Assembly: GCA_030649895.1 (NCBI GenBank)
Contig: JAUSEX010000020.1
Coordinates: 23,109 to 87,108, forward strand
Source of the DNA: Candidatus Omnitrophota bacterium
Lineage (GTDB): Bacteria; Omnitrophota; Gorgyraeia; Gorgyraeales; Gorgyraeaceae
Length of the DNA stretch: 64,000 nt
Direction of reading: 5' to 3'
Position 1 is the stretch's first letter. Each line of letters starts with the position of its first letter. Below are positions 9,336 through 20,225 of this stretch, in pieces. A model generated the notes under the pieces. The model did not search any database. It saw only the letters and a program-made list of their open reading frames with translations, and was not told the origin of the DNA. Made by a program: the position numbers and the translations under genes.

Positions 9336-10601
9336 ATGCAAAAAACAATCAGCGTTATAAGCCTTGGTTGTCCGAGAAATCTCGTAGATTCTGAAAAACT
9401 CGTGTCTAATTTTATAAAAAAGGGTTACAGGTTTCATGAGGGTATATTAAATTCTGATACTGTAATCGTGAATACGTGCGCTTTTATAGAAGACGCCAAG
9501 AGAGAGTCGATAGACAGTATTCTTAAAGTAATAGACGCCAAGAAAGCAGGCCGCGTTAAAAAGGTTATAGTGGCGGGCTGTTTATCGGAGAGATATAGAA
9601 ATGAACTGGCGGATGACTTAAGAGAGGTGGATGAGTTTAGAGGGGTCCTGAATTTCGATGAATGCGGGGGGCGGTCGCGGCCGTCTGCCGTAAGGCTTAC
9701 GCCAAGACACTATGCGTATGTCAAGATTTCAGAAGGGTGCGCCAACAGGTGCGCTTATTGCGTGATACCTTATTTAAAAGGTAACTATAAAAGCAGGGCT
9801 ATAAGGCCTATAGTTAACGAGGTAGCGCAATTAATCGATAAAGGCGCGAGAGAGATTATTTTAGTAGGCCAGGACACTTCTTTATACGGGATAGATTTGT
9901 ATGGAAAAAAGAGACTGGGAGGCCTGTTAAAAGAGTTAGTTAAGATTTCAAAAGATGCGTGGATAAGATTATTGTACCTGCATCCGGCGAATTTAGATGA
10001 AGAAATTATCAAGGTTATAAGGGATAATAAAAATATATGCAGGTATATAGATTTGCCACTTGAGCATATTAATGATAGAATATTAAATAAGATGCGCAGG
10101 AGGATAAATAAAAAGGAGATAGCGTCTCTTGTAGAGCTTATAAGAAAAGAAATACCGGGTGTAGGCATAAGGACTTCATTTATAGTAGGTTTTCCTGGAG
10201 AAACGGAAAAAGAATTCAAAGAGCTGGCGTCTTTCGTGAAAGAGAAAAAATTTGAGAGGCTCGGTGTTTTTAAATATTCAAAGGAAGAAGGCACCCCGGC
10301 CTATTCGTACAAAAACCAGATCTCAGAAAAAGACAAAGAAAGAAGATTTAACAGGTTGATGTTGGAGCAAAAGGGCGTGTCCGTAAAAATAAACGAAGGT
10401 TTGGTGGGCAAGGTGCTGAAAGTGCTTGCAGAGGAAAAAGGTAAGGATTATTATATAGGCAGGACAGAATACGATGCGCCTGAAATAGACGGACTTGTGT
10501 ATATTAAAGGCAAAGATTTGAAGATAGGGAATTTTTATAATATCAGAATAACCGATGCGTATGAATATGACCTTGTAGGTAATTATGAATCTGGCGAATA
10601 A
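9336..10601 (+). CDS. rimO: Ribosomal protein S12 methylthiotransferase RimO (MiaB-family radical SAM)
   Basis: N-terminal ISLGCPRNLVDSE, radical SAM CANRCAYCVIP, a C-terminal TRAM domain. About 420 aa, typical of RimO rather than MiaB. Confidence 0.7.
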   Translation: MQKTISVISLGCPRNLVDSEKLVSNFIKKGYRFHEGILNSDTVIVNTCAFIEDAKRESIDSILKVIDAKKAGRVKKVIVAGCLSERYRNELADDLREVDEFRGVLNFDECGGRSRPSAVRLTPRHYAYVKISEGCANRCAYCVIPYLKGNYKSRAIRPIVNEVAQLIDKGAREIILVGQDTSLYGIDLYGKKRLGGLLKELVKISKDAWIRLLYLHPANLDEEIIKVIRDNKNICRYIDLPLEHINDRILNKMRRRINKKEIASLVELIRKEIPGVGIRTSFIVGFPGETEKEFKELASFVKEKKFERLGVFKYSKEEGTPAYSYKNQISEKDKERRFNRLMLEQKGVSVKINEGLVGKVLKVLAEEKGKDYYIGRTEYDAPEIDGLVYIKGKDLKIGNFYNIRITDAYEYDLVGNYESGE

Positions 10602-11151
10602 ACTTACGATTTCCAGGATAATCCTGGCGGCTTTTTTTATATTATTTTTGTTTATAAAAGGCCCTGGAGCCAAGTGCATGGCAATGGCTATTTTTCTGGC
10701 AGCCTGCATAACGGATTATTACGACGGTTATTTTGCCAGGAAGACAGGCAGTGTTACAGCTTTCGGCAAATTAATGGACCCCATAGCGGATAAGATACTT
10801 ATTTTAGGGGCGTTTCTGGCTTTTGTGGAACTGGAGATAGTGCCGGCATGGATGGCTATGATAATCATAGCCAGGGAGCTGGTTATTACAGGGATAAGGA
10901 TACTGGCGCTTTCGCAGAAAAAAGTCCTTGCTGCGGAAACCGGAGGGAAACATAAGACGGTTTCACAGATGGTGGCAGTTATCTCTATATTGGTATTTTT
11001 GATAATAAGGGATATGGGGTTCGGTTTCAGGCATATGGAAGCCTTTGGGACAGCGGTATATTTACTCATGCTTATAACAGTGGGCATGACTCTGACATCG
11101 GGCGTTTCTTATATGCTTAGAAACAAAGACATCTTTATGGGGGATCAATGA
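10585..11151 (+). CDS. pgsA: CDP-diacylglycerol--glycerol-3-phosphate 3-phosphatidyltransferase
   Basis: CDP-alcohol phosphatidyltransferase motif DYYDGYFARKTGSVTAFGKLMDPIADK. Polytopic membrane protein. Confidence 0.8.
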   Translation: MNLANKLTISRIILAAFFILFLFIKGPGAKCMAMAIFLAACITDYYDGYFARKTGSVTAFGKLMDPIADKILILGAFLAFVELEIVPAWMAMIIIARELVITGIRILALSQKKVLAAETGGKHKTVSQMVAVISILVFLIIRDMGFGFRHMEAFGTAVYLLMLITVGMTLTSGVSYMLRNKDIFMGDQ

Positions 11152-11609
11152 GAGACCGTATATATAAAATGATAGCAAGCATTTTTTATATAGGCTATCT
11201 GCCTGTTGCGCCTGGCACGCTTGGGAGCCTTGCCGCGCTTATCCCGTATTATTTTATAAATCATAATCCTGTCATAAACGGGATAGTCATATTGATAATT
11301 ATATTTCTTGGTTTCCTAACATGCGGTAGAGTAGAGAAGATATTCAAAGAAAAAGATCCCGAAGAAATAATCATAGATGAATTCGCAGGCATGTTAATAA
11401 GCTTATATCGTTTGCCTCCCACTATGGGTTATATAGTGGCGGGATTTTTATTGTTCAGATTTTTTGATATAGTAAAACCAAGGCCTCTGAAAAATCTTGA
11501 AAAATTAAAAGGCGGCGTGGGCATAATGTCTGACGATATAGTAGCCGGCGTATATGCAAATATAATACTGCAGCTTGTTTATATGGCGAGCTTATTGTGC
11601 TGGCGTTAA
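11148..11609 (+). CDS. pgpA: Phosphatidylglycerophosphatase A
   Basis: YIGYLPVAPGTLGSLAAL is the PgpA signature. Coupled to pgsA by a 4-nt overlap. Confidence 0.8.
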   Translation: MRDRIYKMIASIFYIGYLPVAPGTLGSLAALIPYYFINHNPVINGIVILIIIFLGFLTCGRVEKIFKEKDPEEIIIDEFAGMLISLYRLPPTMGYIVAGFLLFRFFDIVKPRPLKNLEKLKGGVGIMSDDIVAGVYANIILQLVYMASLLCWR

Positions 11610-11657
11610 TTGTAAACGGGCTGTTGGCTGCGCTGCATGATACAGGAGATCTATAGT

Positions 11658-12206
11658 TTACAGCTTGGAATAGATAGCGCCTTTTGGAGTGAGGGTGCTT
11701 TGGAAAAGAGCGAGTTCATTAACTATAGCGCCTGTTTCAATGGAAAAAGGAATTTCTTTTAATAGTTTTACGAGATTATGTATGTTTCTGGGTGCGCGGA
11801 TCCTGCCTAAAGTAAGATGAGCTGTAAATTCCCTTGATTTCTTTGCGAATCCAAGTTTTTCCATAGCTGTTTCTATTTTTTCTGCCAATATTTTCAAAGA
11901 AGAGGCCTCTTTGTTTATCCCTATCCATATGACGCGGGGATGGTCAATGTTTGGAAACGCGCCTATCCCTGAAAATCCGATCGTAAAAGGTTTTAGGGCG
12001 CTTGATATGACCGATAATGCATCTGAAATCTTTTTAATATCGTCCTCTGCGATATTCCCCAGAAATTTTAGCGTAAGATGCATCTGATCTTCAGTTATCC
12101 ATTTGACATCAGCGCTGGATTGTTTAAGGCAGGAAATAAGCTTGGATATTTTTTGCTTGACCTGAGGATCGATTTCAACCGCTATAAAGGCGCGTATAGA
12201 TGACAT
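11658..12206 (-). CDS. thpR: RNA 2',3'-cyclic phosphodiesterase (2H family, LigT/ThpR)
   Basis: Two H-x-T-x motifs (HLTLKFLG and HLTLGRI), about 180 aa. Confidence 0.8.
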   Translation of the reverse strand: MSSIRAFIAVEIDPQVKQKISKLISCLKQSSADVKWITEDQMHLTLKFLGNIAEDDIKKISDALSVISSALKPFTIGFSGIGAFPNIDHPRVIWIGINKEASSLKILAEKIETAMEKLGFAKKSREFTAHLTLGRIRAPRNIHNLVKLLKEIPFSIETGAIVNELALFQSTLTPKGAIYSKL

Positions 12207-12237
12207 GTTTAGAGTCGCCTCGATCTTGCAGGATGCC

Positions 12238-13539
12238 TTAAGTCACCCGCGAGATTTCTTTTCTGAGCAGGTTTAAGGCGGCTTGGGTAGATTTGTATTT
12301 TATCAGGCTGCGCGTGCCGGTAAAGCGAAATTTTTTACAGGTAATTTTGGATTTACCGGATAGCGCAATATAAACAAGGCCTACGGGTTTTTGCTTCATA
12401 GCTCCGCCTGGGCCTGCAATACCTGAGACGCTTATTCCGTAATCAGCGCGGGCCAGCACCCTAACGTTTTTTGCCATTAAGCGTACAACTTTTTTTGATA
12501 CCGCGCCGTATTTTTTTATTGTTTTTATGGGAACGCTTAGAAGGTTGCTCTTGGACTCATTGCTATATACCACAAGGCCAAGCTTGAAATAATCCGAGCT
12601 TCCGGGAACATCCGTGATTCTATTCGCCAGAAGCCCGCCTGTGCAGGATTCAGCCGCAGCTAAGGTTTTTTTAGATTTTTGAAGTATCCTGCCTGTAATT
12701 TCTTCGAGTTTTTCATTGTCATATCCGAAGATGTATTTTTTAAGGCGCGATTTGATCTGTTTTTCTATCTTAAATATTATTTTATCAGCTGATTTTTCGT
12801 TTTTTTCAGTAACGGTAATTTTTACATGTATCTCTTCAGGGTGCGGGTATATGCCCATCTGGACATTACCGCTTATTTTTAAAATATCCTCAATTAGTTC
12901 GTTTACCTTTGATTCAGCCAGGCCTGTGATTTTGATGACCCTGGATTTTATGATCAGGCCTGCGGAAAATTTTTTCCTGAGATAAGGAATAGCGGTTTCT
13001 TCGAGCATTGGATACAGTTCAAAAGGTACGCCTGGGAATGCGATCAAAACCCTTGCCCTGGCTTTCTCCTGTTTCTTTGAAATAGCAGAGGCGAGGGGGA
13101 CGATTAAGCCCGGGGCTGTGCCTATATCGTTATCAATCGGTATTCCGCCTTCCGGTACCAGTGCTTGGCGCATATTGTTCGCAGGCATTCCTATATTGCG
13201 CCTCTTAAAATGAGCTTTTATACGGCTGGCTATTCTTTTGCTGAAGACTAATTTTTTATTTAATGCCTTTCCAATGCATTCTAATGTAAGATCGTCAACG
13301 GTAGGGCCGAGCCCGCCGCTTAAGATCACTATCTCTGATTCATCGAGGGATTTTCTTATAGAGGATATGATAACATCTGGATTATCCGGTATGTCCAGGT
13401 GTTTAGAGGTTTTAATGCCTATGGCAGCTAGTTTACTTGAAACAAACCGGGCGTTTGTGTTCGTGATATGGCCTAACATTATTTCATTGCCTATGCAGAT
13501 TACCTGAGCGCTTATTTCCATAGGATTTATTATAAGCAA
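12238..13539 (-). CDS. cinA: CinA (competence/damage-inducible protein, NMN deamidase)
   Basis: N-terminal MoCF-biosynthesis domain (VICIGNEIMLGHITNTNARF) and C-terminal CinA domain (LAAAESCTGGLLANRITDVPGSSDYF). Positioned next to recA, as is common. Confidence 0.85.
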   Translation of the reverse strand: MLIINPMEISAQVICIGNEIMLGHITNTNARFVSSKLAAIGIKTSKHLDIPDNPDVIISSIRKSLDESEIVILSGGLGPTVDDLTLECIGKALNKKLVFSKRIASRIKAHFKRRNIGMPANNMRQALVPEGGIPIDNDIGTAPGLIVPLASAISKKQEKARARVLIAFPGVPFELYPMLEETAIPYLRKKFSAGLIIKSRVIKITGLAESKVNELIEDILKISGNVQMGIYPHPEEIHVKITVTEKNEKSADKIIFKIEKQIKSRLKKYIFGYDNEKLEEITGRILQKSKKTLAAAESCTGGLLANRITDVPGSSDYFKLGLVVYSNESKSNLLSVPIKTIKKYGAVSKKVVRLMAKNVRVLARADYGISVSGIAGPGGAMKQKPVGLVYIALSGKSKITCKKFRFTGTRSLIKYKSTQAALNLLRKEISRVT

Positions 13540-13872
13540 TCTATGTTATATAATCAAGAGTTTTTGGGGACATATCCCGCTTTAGCCCTAGAGCCGTTCA
13601 TCTTTTTTGAGATTTTTTGAAAGAAAATGCTTGCGAAATGTGTCTACTATAGCGAAAGGAGGCGAATACAATTTGTGCTTTACTTTGAGATATGGCGAAG
13701 GTATAATTAAATCTTAAAATAAGAGAGTTTCTTGCCATACAAAGTAAAGTTATGGCGGTTCCGGATTTCTGCCTGGCGGCAGAGGAAGTTTTGTTTTATC
13801 CCGCCTTTTTTGGGCGGGCATCTGAGAATCTTCGTCAAAGGGGCGGGGTTTCGCAAAATTTAGGAGGAGAAA

Positions 13873-14922
13873 ATGGTTAAGAAAGAAGAAAAGAGAGAAG
13901 AAAAAAAGACAGTGGCGGCAAAGACTGACGATAAGCAAAAGGCGATCGAATCAACTGTTTTGCAGATAGAAAAACAGTTTGGTAAGGGGTCTATCATGCG
14001 CCTTGGGCAGGGCACTAAGTTTGACGTGGATGTTATTTCTACGGGAGCGCTGTCTTTGGATCTGGCGTTGGGCGTAGGAGGAGTACCTTACGGAAGGGTT
14101 ATTGAGATATTCGGGCCTGAGGCAGGAGGAAAAACCACGCTTACTTTAAGCATAATTTCGCAGGTTCAGAAGGCAGGGGGCGTAGCTGCTTTCATAGACG
14201 CTGAGCATGCTCTTGACCCTACATACGCAAGGAAGCTGAAAGTAAACCTTGATAATCTTTTAATATCCCAGCCGGATACGGGTGAACAGGCCCTGGACAT
14301 TGCAGATATGCTCGTGAGAAGCAATGCGGTTGATTTAATTGTAATAGATTCTGTGGCAGCCCTGGTTCCAAAAGCAGAAATAGAAGGCGAAATGGGGGAC
14401 AGACATATAGGGCTACAGGCAAGGCTTATGTCCCAGGCATTGAGGAAGCTTACGGCTATAATAGCCAAGACTCATACCTGCGTTATTTTTATCAATCAGA
14501 TAAGAGAAAAAATAGGTGTTATGTTCGGGAACCCTGAGACAACTACAGGTGGAAGGGCGCTGAAATTCTATTCTTCCGTTAGAATTGACATGAGGAACAT
14601 AGGGGCAATAAAGACAGGCGATAAGGTTATAGGTAACAGGGTCAGGGCAAAGGTTGTGAAAAATAAAGTTGCCCCGCCGTTCAGAAACGCTGAATTTGAA
14701 ATAATACACGGCGAAGGTATTTCAAGGGAAGGCAGTATGCTGGAGCTTGGCGTAGAATCCGGAGTTTTGACCAAATCCGGTTCTTCAATAAGTTTTGGAA
14801 ACGAAAAATTAGGCCAGGGCATGGAATCCGCCAGGGGGTTCCTGAAAGGTAACCCAAAATTGTCCAATGAGATAGAAAAGAAGATAAAAGAAACTCTGGC
14901 AAAGGCAGCTGAAGGAAAATAA
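13873..14922 (+). CDS. recA: Recombinase RecA
   Basis: Canonical RecA: ALDxALGVGG.[21 protein letters not shown] Walker A and [22 protein letters not shown]. Confidence 0.98.
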   Translation: MVKKEEKREEKKTVAAKTDDKQKAIESTVLQIEKQFGKGSIMRLGQGTKFDVDVISTGALSLDLALGVGGVPYGRVIEIFGPEAGGKTTLTLSIISQVQKAGGVAAFIDAEHALDPTYARKLKVNLDNLLISQPDTGEQALDIADMLVRSNAVDLIVIDSVAALVPKAEIEGEMGDRHIGLQARLMSQALRKLTAIIAKTHTCVIFINQIREKIGVMFGNPETTTGGRALKFYSSVRIDMRNIGAIKTGDKVIGNRVRAKVVKNKVAPPFRNAEFEIIHGEGISREGSMLELGVESGVLTKSGSSISFGNEKLGQGMESARGFLKGNPKLSNEIEKKIKETLAKAAEGK

Positions 14923-14946
14923 ATAGCATTAGCGGAGGCGCGCATA

Positions 14947-16383
14947 ATGAAAAAAAATATAATAGCGGGTTTGATTTTTTCATCGGTTTTAATAGCATCT
15001 TCCGTAAGCGCTGAATCGCCAAAAGAGGCGTTGAATCTACAGGATGCGTTTGTAAAGGTTTCAAAAGATGTCGGCCAGGCAGTTGTAAGCATAAGCACCG
15101 AACATACGGAGCGCTATCAGACAAGATATTATCCTTTTGCGCAATTTCAAGACCAGTTTTTTAATGAGTTTTTTGTAGAAGGCCCTGAGAGGGAATTAAA
15201 AAAGATAGGACTTGGATCAGGCCTTATTATTAATAAAGAGGGATATATAATTACCAACGAACATGTGGTACACGGGGCGGATAAGATCACCGTTACTTTG
15301 CCTGACGCCAGGGAGTTTGACGCAAGGCTTACGGGTTCTGATATTTATTCTGATCTGGCTGTTATCAAGATCGAGCCGATAGGAGAATTGCCCTTCGCGA
15401 GGCTTGGGAATTCAGATGACATCCAGATAGGATACTGGGCGATAGCGATAGGAAATCCTTTCGCTTTTGCGGTAAAAAGCCCGGAGCCTACAGTGACCGT
15501 AGGGGTTATCAGCGCCCTCCACAGGAATCTTCCGATGACGGATAAAAGGGCCAGGGAATATTCAGATCTTATACAGACAGACGCTGCCATAAACCCAGGC
15601 AATAGCGGCGGGCCGCTTGTAAATATTTATGGGGATGTTATAGGTATTAATGTGGCTATATTTACGCTGAGCGGAGGATCGGAAGGCATGGGGTTCGCGA
15701 TCCCTATAAACGCGGCGAAGAAAATAATTGATGACCTGATGCAGGGTAAGAAGATTTTATATGGATGGCTTGGCGTGATTATCCAGGATATAGACGCTGA
15801 TTTGGCTTCTTATTTTGGATTGAAAGACAATAGCGGGGTTCTCGTTTCCAGGATAGTGAATGCGAGCCCTGCTGAAAAAGCAGGGCTGAAACCAGGCGAT
15901 ATAGTTATTTCCCTGGACAATGAAAAAATAAAGAATACAGAAGGTCTCGTAAGGACTGTTTTGAAAAAGGATATAGGAGAAAAAGTTGCCCTGGGTATCG
16001 TAAGGAATAAGAAGCTTTATTCCGCTGTTGTGGAAATAGGAGAGCGGCCTGAAGATAAAACTACGCTGGTTGAGCAAAAAAAGCCGGAACCTGCTCAAGA
16101 GGTTCAAAAAATTGTTAAATCGTGGAGAGGCATAGAGGCATCCGACATTACTTCTGATATAGCCCAGCGTTTTAAAATTGTCGCAGAGAGCGGCGTTATT
16201 GTTTTGTCTGTCCAGCCCCAGAGCCTGGCTGAACAGGCTGGTATCAGGCCGGGAGATGTGATTTATGAAATCGATAGAGTCCCGGTTAAAAACATGAGAG
16301 ATTATTCAGTTGCCGCAGGCAGGGTCTCGGGCGATGCGTTGATAGGGACTTACAGGGGATATGTAGTGCTTAAAGAAAAATAA
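14947..16383 (+). CDS. htrA: Periplasmic serine endoprotease DegP/HtrA with two PDZ domains
   Basis: Signal peptide, trypsin-like catalytic triad with GNSGGPLVN, two C-terminal PDZ domains. Confidence 0.9.
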   Translation: MKKNIIAGLIFSSVLIASSVSAESPKEALNLQDAFVKVSKDVGQAVVSISTEHTERYQTRYYPFAQFQDQFFNEFFVEGPERELKKIGLGSGLIINKEGYIITNEHVVHGADKITVTLPDAREFDARLTGSDIYSDLAVIKIEPIGELPFARLGNSDDIQIGYWAIAIGNPFAFAVKSPEPTVTVGVISALHRNLPMTDKRAREYSDLIQTDAAINPGNSGGPLVNIYGDVIGINVAIFTLSGGSEGMGFAIPINAAKKIIDDLMQGKKILYGWLGVIIQDIDADLASYFGLKDNSGVLVSRIVNASPAEKAGLKPGDIVISLDNEKIKNTEGLVRTVLKKDIGEKVALGIVRNKKLYSAVVEIGERPEDKTTLVEQKKPEPAQEVQKIVKSWRGIEASDITSDIAQRFKIVAESGVIVLSVQPQSLAEQAGIRPGDVIYEIDRVPVKNMRDYSVAAGRVSGDALIGTYRGYVVLKEK

Positions 16384-16396
16384 ACACAGGCTGCGC

Positions 16397-19006
16397 ATGA
16401 ATGTTGACGAGATAAGAGAAAGATATTTAAGTTTTTTTAAGGCAAGAGGCCACAGGATCTATCCGAGCGATTCGCTTGTGCCGGCTAATGATCCGTCGCT
16501 TTTGTTTACAGGCGCTGGCATGAACCAGTTTAAGGAAGAATTCCTGGGCAGGGTTAAGGGGTCGGCTAGGGCGGCTACGTGCCAGAAATGCATCAGGACG
16601 GGAGATTTGAAAAACGTAGGCAGGACAGCTGGGCATCATACATTTTTTGAAATGCTGGGCAATTTTTCTTTCGGGGATTATTTTAAGAAAGACGCTATCT
16701 TATGGGCGTGGGAATTTCTTGTAAAAGAGCTTGGCATTAAAGAAGAAGATTTATGGATTTCTGTCTATAAGGAGGATAAAGAGGCGTATGAGATATGGAG
16801 GGATACGGTAAAAATCCCGGAGCGGAAGATTTTAAAGTTAGGCGAAAAAGATAATTTCTGGCCGTCCAATGCCCCCAGCGACGGGCCTGACGGACCATGC
16901 GGCCCGTGTTCCGAGATATTTTTCGGCGGGCCTGACGGCGCAGAGATATGGAATCTTGTTTTTACGCAATTTGACAGAAAAGACGGAGGCAGATTAGAGC
17001 CGCTGCCCTGCAAGAATATAGATACCGGCATGGGCCTGGAAAGAATTGCCAGGGTAATGCAGGGCAAGAAGACGAATTTTGAGATAGATTCTTTTGTAAC
17101 TATCATAGAAGCTATAATAAACCTATCCCGTTCTCCGAACGGGAACGGAGAAGAAGACCTTTCTGTTCCCGTTCGGAGAACGGGAACCGGTCAAAATGTG
17201 AATGCGATTGCGGACCATATAAGGGCTGTGACTTTTGCAATATCTGACGGGGTCCTGCCTTCAAATGAAGAAAGGGGTTATGTAATACGAAAACTTATAA
17301 GGAAGGCATTTTGGTACGGGAGAAGCCTGGGCATTGACAAGCCCTTTTTATACAAGATAGTCCCTGTGGTGGCGCAAGTTATGAAAAGGCCTTATCCTGA
17401 AGTTGCGGATCACAGGGAGAGTATAAGCCAGATAGTGATGGAAGAGGAAAAAAGATTTAAAAATACAATAGACGAAGGTACCGAAAGATTGAAAACAATG
17501 CTGACCGAATCCAAGGAATCAGGCGTTTTATCTGGAGAGCATATATTTAAATTGTATGACACTTACGGATTTCCATGTGAATTAACGCAGGAGATAGCAG
17601 GCGTTGAAAATATAAAAGTGGATATAGAGGGTTTTAAAGCGCTTATGGAAAACCAGCGCTCTATATCAAAACAAGGGAGTAAGATCGCGGGCAATATATT
17701 TAACGTGGAAGGGAACATCAATATAAAGCTGCCCGATGCCGCTCGTTTTATAGAAGATAAGGAAGACATAAAAACCCAGGTAGTTCAAATAATTTCAGAA
17801 GGTGACTTGAAAAATGAGATAGGCAAAAGGGACAAGGCCAGCATTTTTTTAAAAGAAACTGTTTTTTATGGCGAAAAAGGCGGGCAGGTAGGCGATAAAG
17901 GGGTAATTTTAAAAGACGAAAAGATAATCGCGGACGTGATAAACGTTATTGATATAGCAGGCAGGGCGCAGCATGAAATAGAGATGAAAGAAGGTGTTTT
18001 AAAAACCGGGGACAGCGTTACCGCAAAGGTTGATATCGGCCGCAGGGAAGACATAAAGAAAAACCACACCGCTACGCACCTTCTGCATAATGCACTGAGA
18101 AAGGTTTTGGGCATGCACGTAAAACAGGCAGGGTCCATGGTAGCGCCGGACAGGCTGCGTTTTGATTTTTCGCATTTTAAGGCAGTCACAAAAGAAGAGC
18201 TTTTAAGAATAGAAGAGATAGTAAATGAGAACATAAGGAAAGATTCCGTGGTCAGCATAGATGAGCTGAGCATGGAAGAGGCTAAGAAAAAAGATGTAAT
18301 AGCGCTTTTCGGAGAGAAATACGGGGATGTGGTGAGGATGGTGTCCGCGGGCGATTATTCCAGAGAGTTATGCGGCGGGACTCATGTAAAAAGGACAGGC
18401 GAAATAGGCGTTTTTAAAATTATCTCCGAGTCTTCTATCGCCAGCGGGATGAGAAGGATCGAAGCTGTTACAGGTAGAACAGCTTATGAGCGGATAAAAC
18501 AGGAAGAGGCTGTTATAAAGGATATTGCGCGGGAATTAAATGTAAAACCGGAGGATATAGCTAAGGAAATAGAAAAATTGGCAAACAGATTAAAACAGAT
18601 GGAAAAAACCCTCGAAGTTTTTATCAATAAAAACGCTCAGGATAACGTAAATAGCCTTTTTGGATCGATGAAAAAAATAAAAGGCATCGATGTGATAATC
18701 GGCAGCATTAAAAATGCAGATTCTTCTTTATTGAGAAAAAACGCGGACCTGTTAAGAGACAGGCTTGTAAACGGTATATTTATGCTTGCGGCTGAAGCGG
18801 ACGGAAAGATCGCGATTATAGTAGGCGCTGGAAAATCGCTTCAGCCCGGAAAGATCGATGCGGTGAAAATTTTAAATGATATAGGTGCTGATTTTGGGAT
18901 AAAAGGCGGTGGCAGGCAGGATTTTGCTCAAGCAGGCAGCCGCTCAGGCCCTAGGCTTCAGGATATATTAAAAAAAGCGGAAGGGATTATAGAGGGGTAT
19001 ATATGA
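16397..19006 (+). CDS. alaS: Alanine--tRNA ligase
   Basis: 869-aa canonical AlaRS: catalytic domain, editing-domain HxxxH/CxxxH (HTATHLLH...CGGTHV) and C-Ala domain. Contains an in-frame 58-nt palindromic element at 17127-17184. Confidence 0.97.
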   Translation: MNVDEIRERYLSFFKARGHRIYPSDSLVPANDPSLLFTGAGMNQFKEEFLGRVKGSARAATCQKCIRTGDLKNVGRTAGHHTFFEMLGNFSFGDYFKKDAILWAWEFLVKELGIKEEDLWISVYKEDKEAYEIWRDTVKIPERKILKLGEKDNFWPSNAPSDGPDGPCGPCSEIFFGGPDGAEIWNLVFTQFDRKDGGRLEPLPCKNIDTGMGLERIARVMQGKKTNFEIDSFVTIIEAIINLSRSPNGNGEEDLSVPVRRTGTGQNVNAIADHIRAVTFAISDGVLPSNEERGYVIRKLIRKAFWYGRSLGIDKPFLYKIVPVVAQVMKRPYPEVADHRESISQIVMEEEKRFKNTIDEGTERLKTMLTESKESGVLSGEHIFKLYDTYGFPCELTQEIAGVENIKVDIEGFKALMENQRSISKQGSKIAGNIFNVEGNINIKLPDAARFIEDKEDIKTQVVQIISEGDLKNEIGKRDKASIFLKETVFYGEKGGQVGDKGVILKDEKIIADVINVIDIAGRAQHEIEMKEGVLKTGDSVTAKVDIGRREDIKKNHTATHLLHNALRKVLGMHVKQAGSMVAPDRLRFDFSHFKAVTKEELLRIEEIVNENIRKDSVVSIDELSMEEAKKKDVIALFGEKYGDVVRMVSAGDYSRELCGGTHVKRTGEIGVFKIISESSIASGMRRIEAVTGRTAYERIKQEEAVIKDIARELNVKPEDIAKEIEKLANRLKQMEKTLEVFINKNAQDNVNSLFGSMKKIKGIDVIIGSIKNADSSLLRKNADLLRDRLVNGIFMLAAEADGKIAIIVGAGKSLQPGKIDAVKILNDIGADFGIKGGGRQDFAQAGSRSGPRLQDILKKAEGIIEGYI
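17127..17184. repeat. Double-hairpin palindromic element CCCGTTCTCCGAACGGGAAC-N18-GTTCCCGTTCGGAGAACGGG inserted in frame in alaS
   Basis: The two 20-nt arms are perfect reverse complements, and each arm is itself a hairpin (CCCGTTC/GAACGGG). Encodes SPNGNGEEDLSVPVRRTGT within AlaRS. A relative lies at 21474. Confidence 0.8.
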
Positions 19007-20223
19007 AAATCTTAAAGTTGTCATCCAGGGAAATGCAAAAGCTTTTTGAGCGTTATTATACGAATAAAAGGCATGTCGAGGAAAAGGTCAGGAGGATAGT
19101 CGATGATGTCAGGAATGAAGGGGATAAAGCTGTCCTGAAGTACACGAAGCGTTTTGATAAAGTAAGGCTTACCTCCAAGGATTTAAGGGTTAGCGCGAGT
19201 GAGATTAACGGATCTTTTCAGAATATAGACGCGGCTTTTATAACAAGCCTTAAAAATATCATCGAGAATATACAAAGGTATTACAAAAAAGAACTGCCAA
19301 AGACATGGAAGATAAAATACGATGATGGCGCGGAGCTTGGAGAAATCTTCAGGCCTGTTGAGAACGTAGGGATATATGTCCCTGCAGGCACGGCGCCTCT
19401 TGTCTCGAGCGTTTACATGAGCGTTGTTCCGGCGAAAATGGCCGGGGTTAAAAAGATAATATTGGTCACCCCTCCTAACAAGTACGGGAGCGTGGATTCG
19501 CATATACTGGCTGTCGCGAATCTTTTGAAGGTAGACGAGATTTATAAGATAGGAGGAGCTCAGGCTATAGCAGCATTGGCATTCGGCACAAAGACTATCC
19601 CTAAAGTTGATAAGATAGTCGGCCCGGGGAATGAATATGTTACAGAGGCGAAGAGGCAGGTATTCGGTTTCGTGGATATAGATATGCTGGCAGGCCCGAG
19701 CGAGGTTGTGATACTCGCAAATCATTTTTCAGATAAGAATTATGTCGTGCAGGACCTCAAGGCTCAGGCGGAACATTTTAAGGGGCTGGCGGTGCTGGTG
19801 ACTACATCCAAGAAGTTTGCGAAGGCTATAAAGCAGGAAGACGTAAAAGGATATATAGTCTTGGCGAAAAATATCGACCAGGCGATAGAGGTCATAAACA
19901 GGATTGCGCCGGAGCATCTTGAGATATTGATTAAAAGGCCGAACAGGATACTGAAAAAGATCCAGAATGTCGGGGCGATATTCATAGGGCCGTATTCGCC
20001 TGTGTGCGTAGGCGATTATGTAGCAGGGCCGAGCCATATATTGCCCACAGGCGGGACCGCAAGATTTTTTTCAGGCCTTGGCGCAAGGTCGTTCTTGAAG
20101 AGCATCCACACTATTTCTTATTCCAAAAAAGCGCTTGAAAAAGAGAAGGCTGCTATCGAAAAGATGACAAAAATAGAAGGGCTGCAAAAACATTTAGAAT
20201 CATTCAAAGAAAGGTTTAAATAA
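19003..20223 (+). CDS. hisD: Histidinol dehydrogenase
   Basis: 406-aa protein with HisD-typical [17 protein letters not shown] and AGPSEVV motifs. Start overlaps the alaS stop by 4 nt. Confidence 0.9.
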   Translation: MKILKLSSREMQKLFERYYTNKRHVEEKVRRIVDDVRNEGDKAVLKYTKRFDKVRLTSKDLRVSASEINGSFQNIDAAFITSLKNIIENIQRYYKKELPKTWKIKYDDGAELGEIFRPVENVGIYVPAGTAPLVSSVYMSVVPAKMAGVKKIILVTPPNKYGSVDSHILAVANLLKVDEIYKIGGAQAIAALAFGTKTIPKVDKIVGPGNEYVTEAKRQVFGFVDIDMLAGPSEVVILANHFSDKNYVVQDLKAQAEHFKGLAVLVTTSKKFAKAIKQEDVKGYIVLAKNIDQAIEVINRIAPEHLEILIKRPNRILKKIQNVGAIFIGPYSPVCVGDYVAGPSHILPTGGTARFFSGLGARSFLKSIHTISYSKKALEKEKAAIEKMTKIEGLQKHLESFKERFK

Positions 20224-20225
20224 TC

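Noticed and set aside
13540-13872. LexA/SOS box upstream of recA
   Set aside because: No match to the CTGT-N8-ACAG, GAAC-N4-GTTC or other LexA consensus sequences I know. The only palindromes (CTTTACTTTG...CAAAGTAAAG, 50 nt apart, and CCCGCC-T7-GGCGGG) are unlike known operators.
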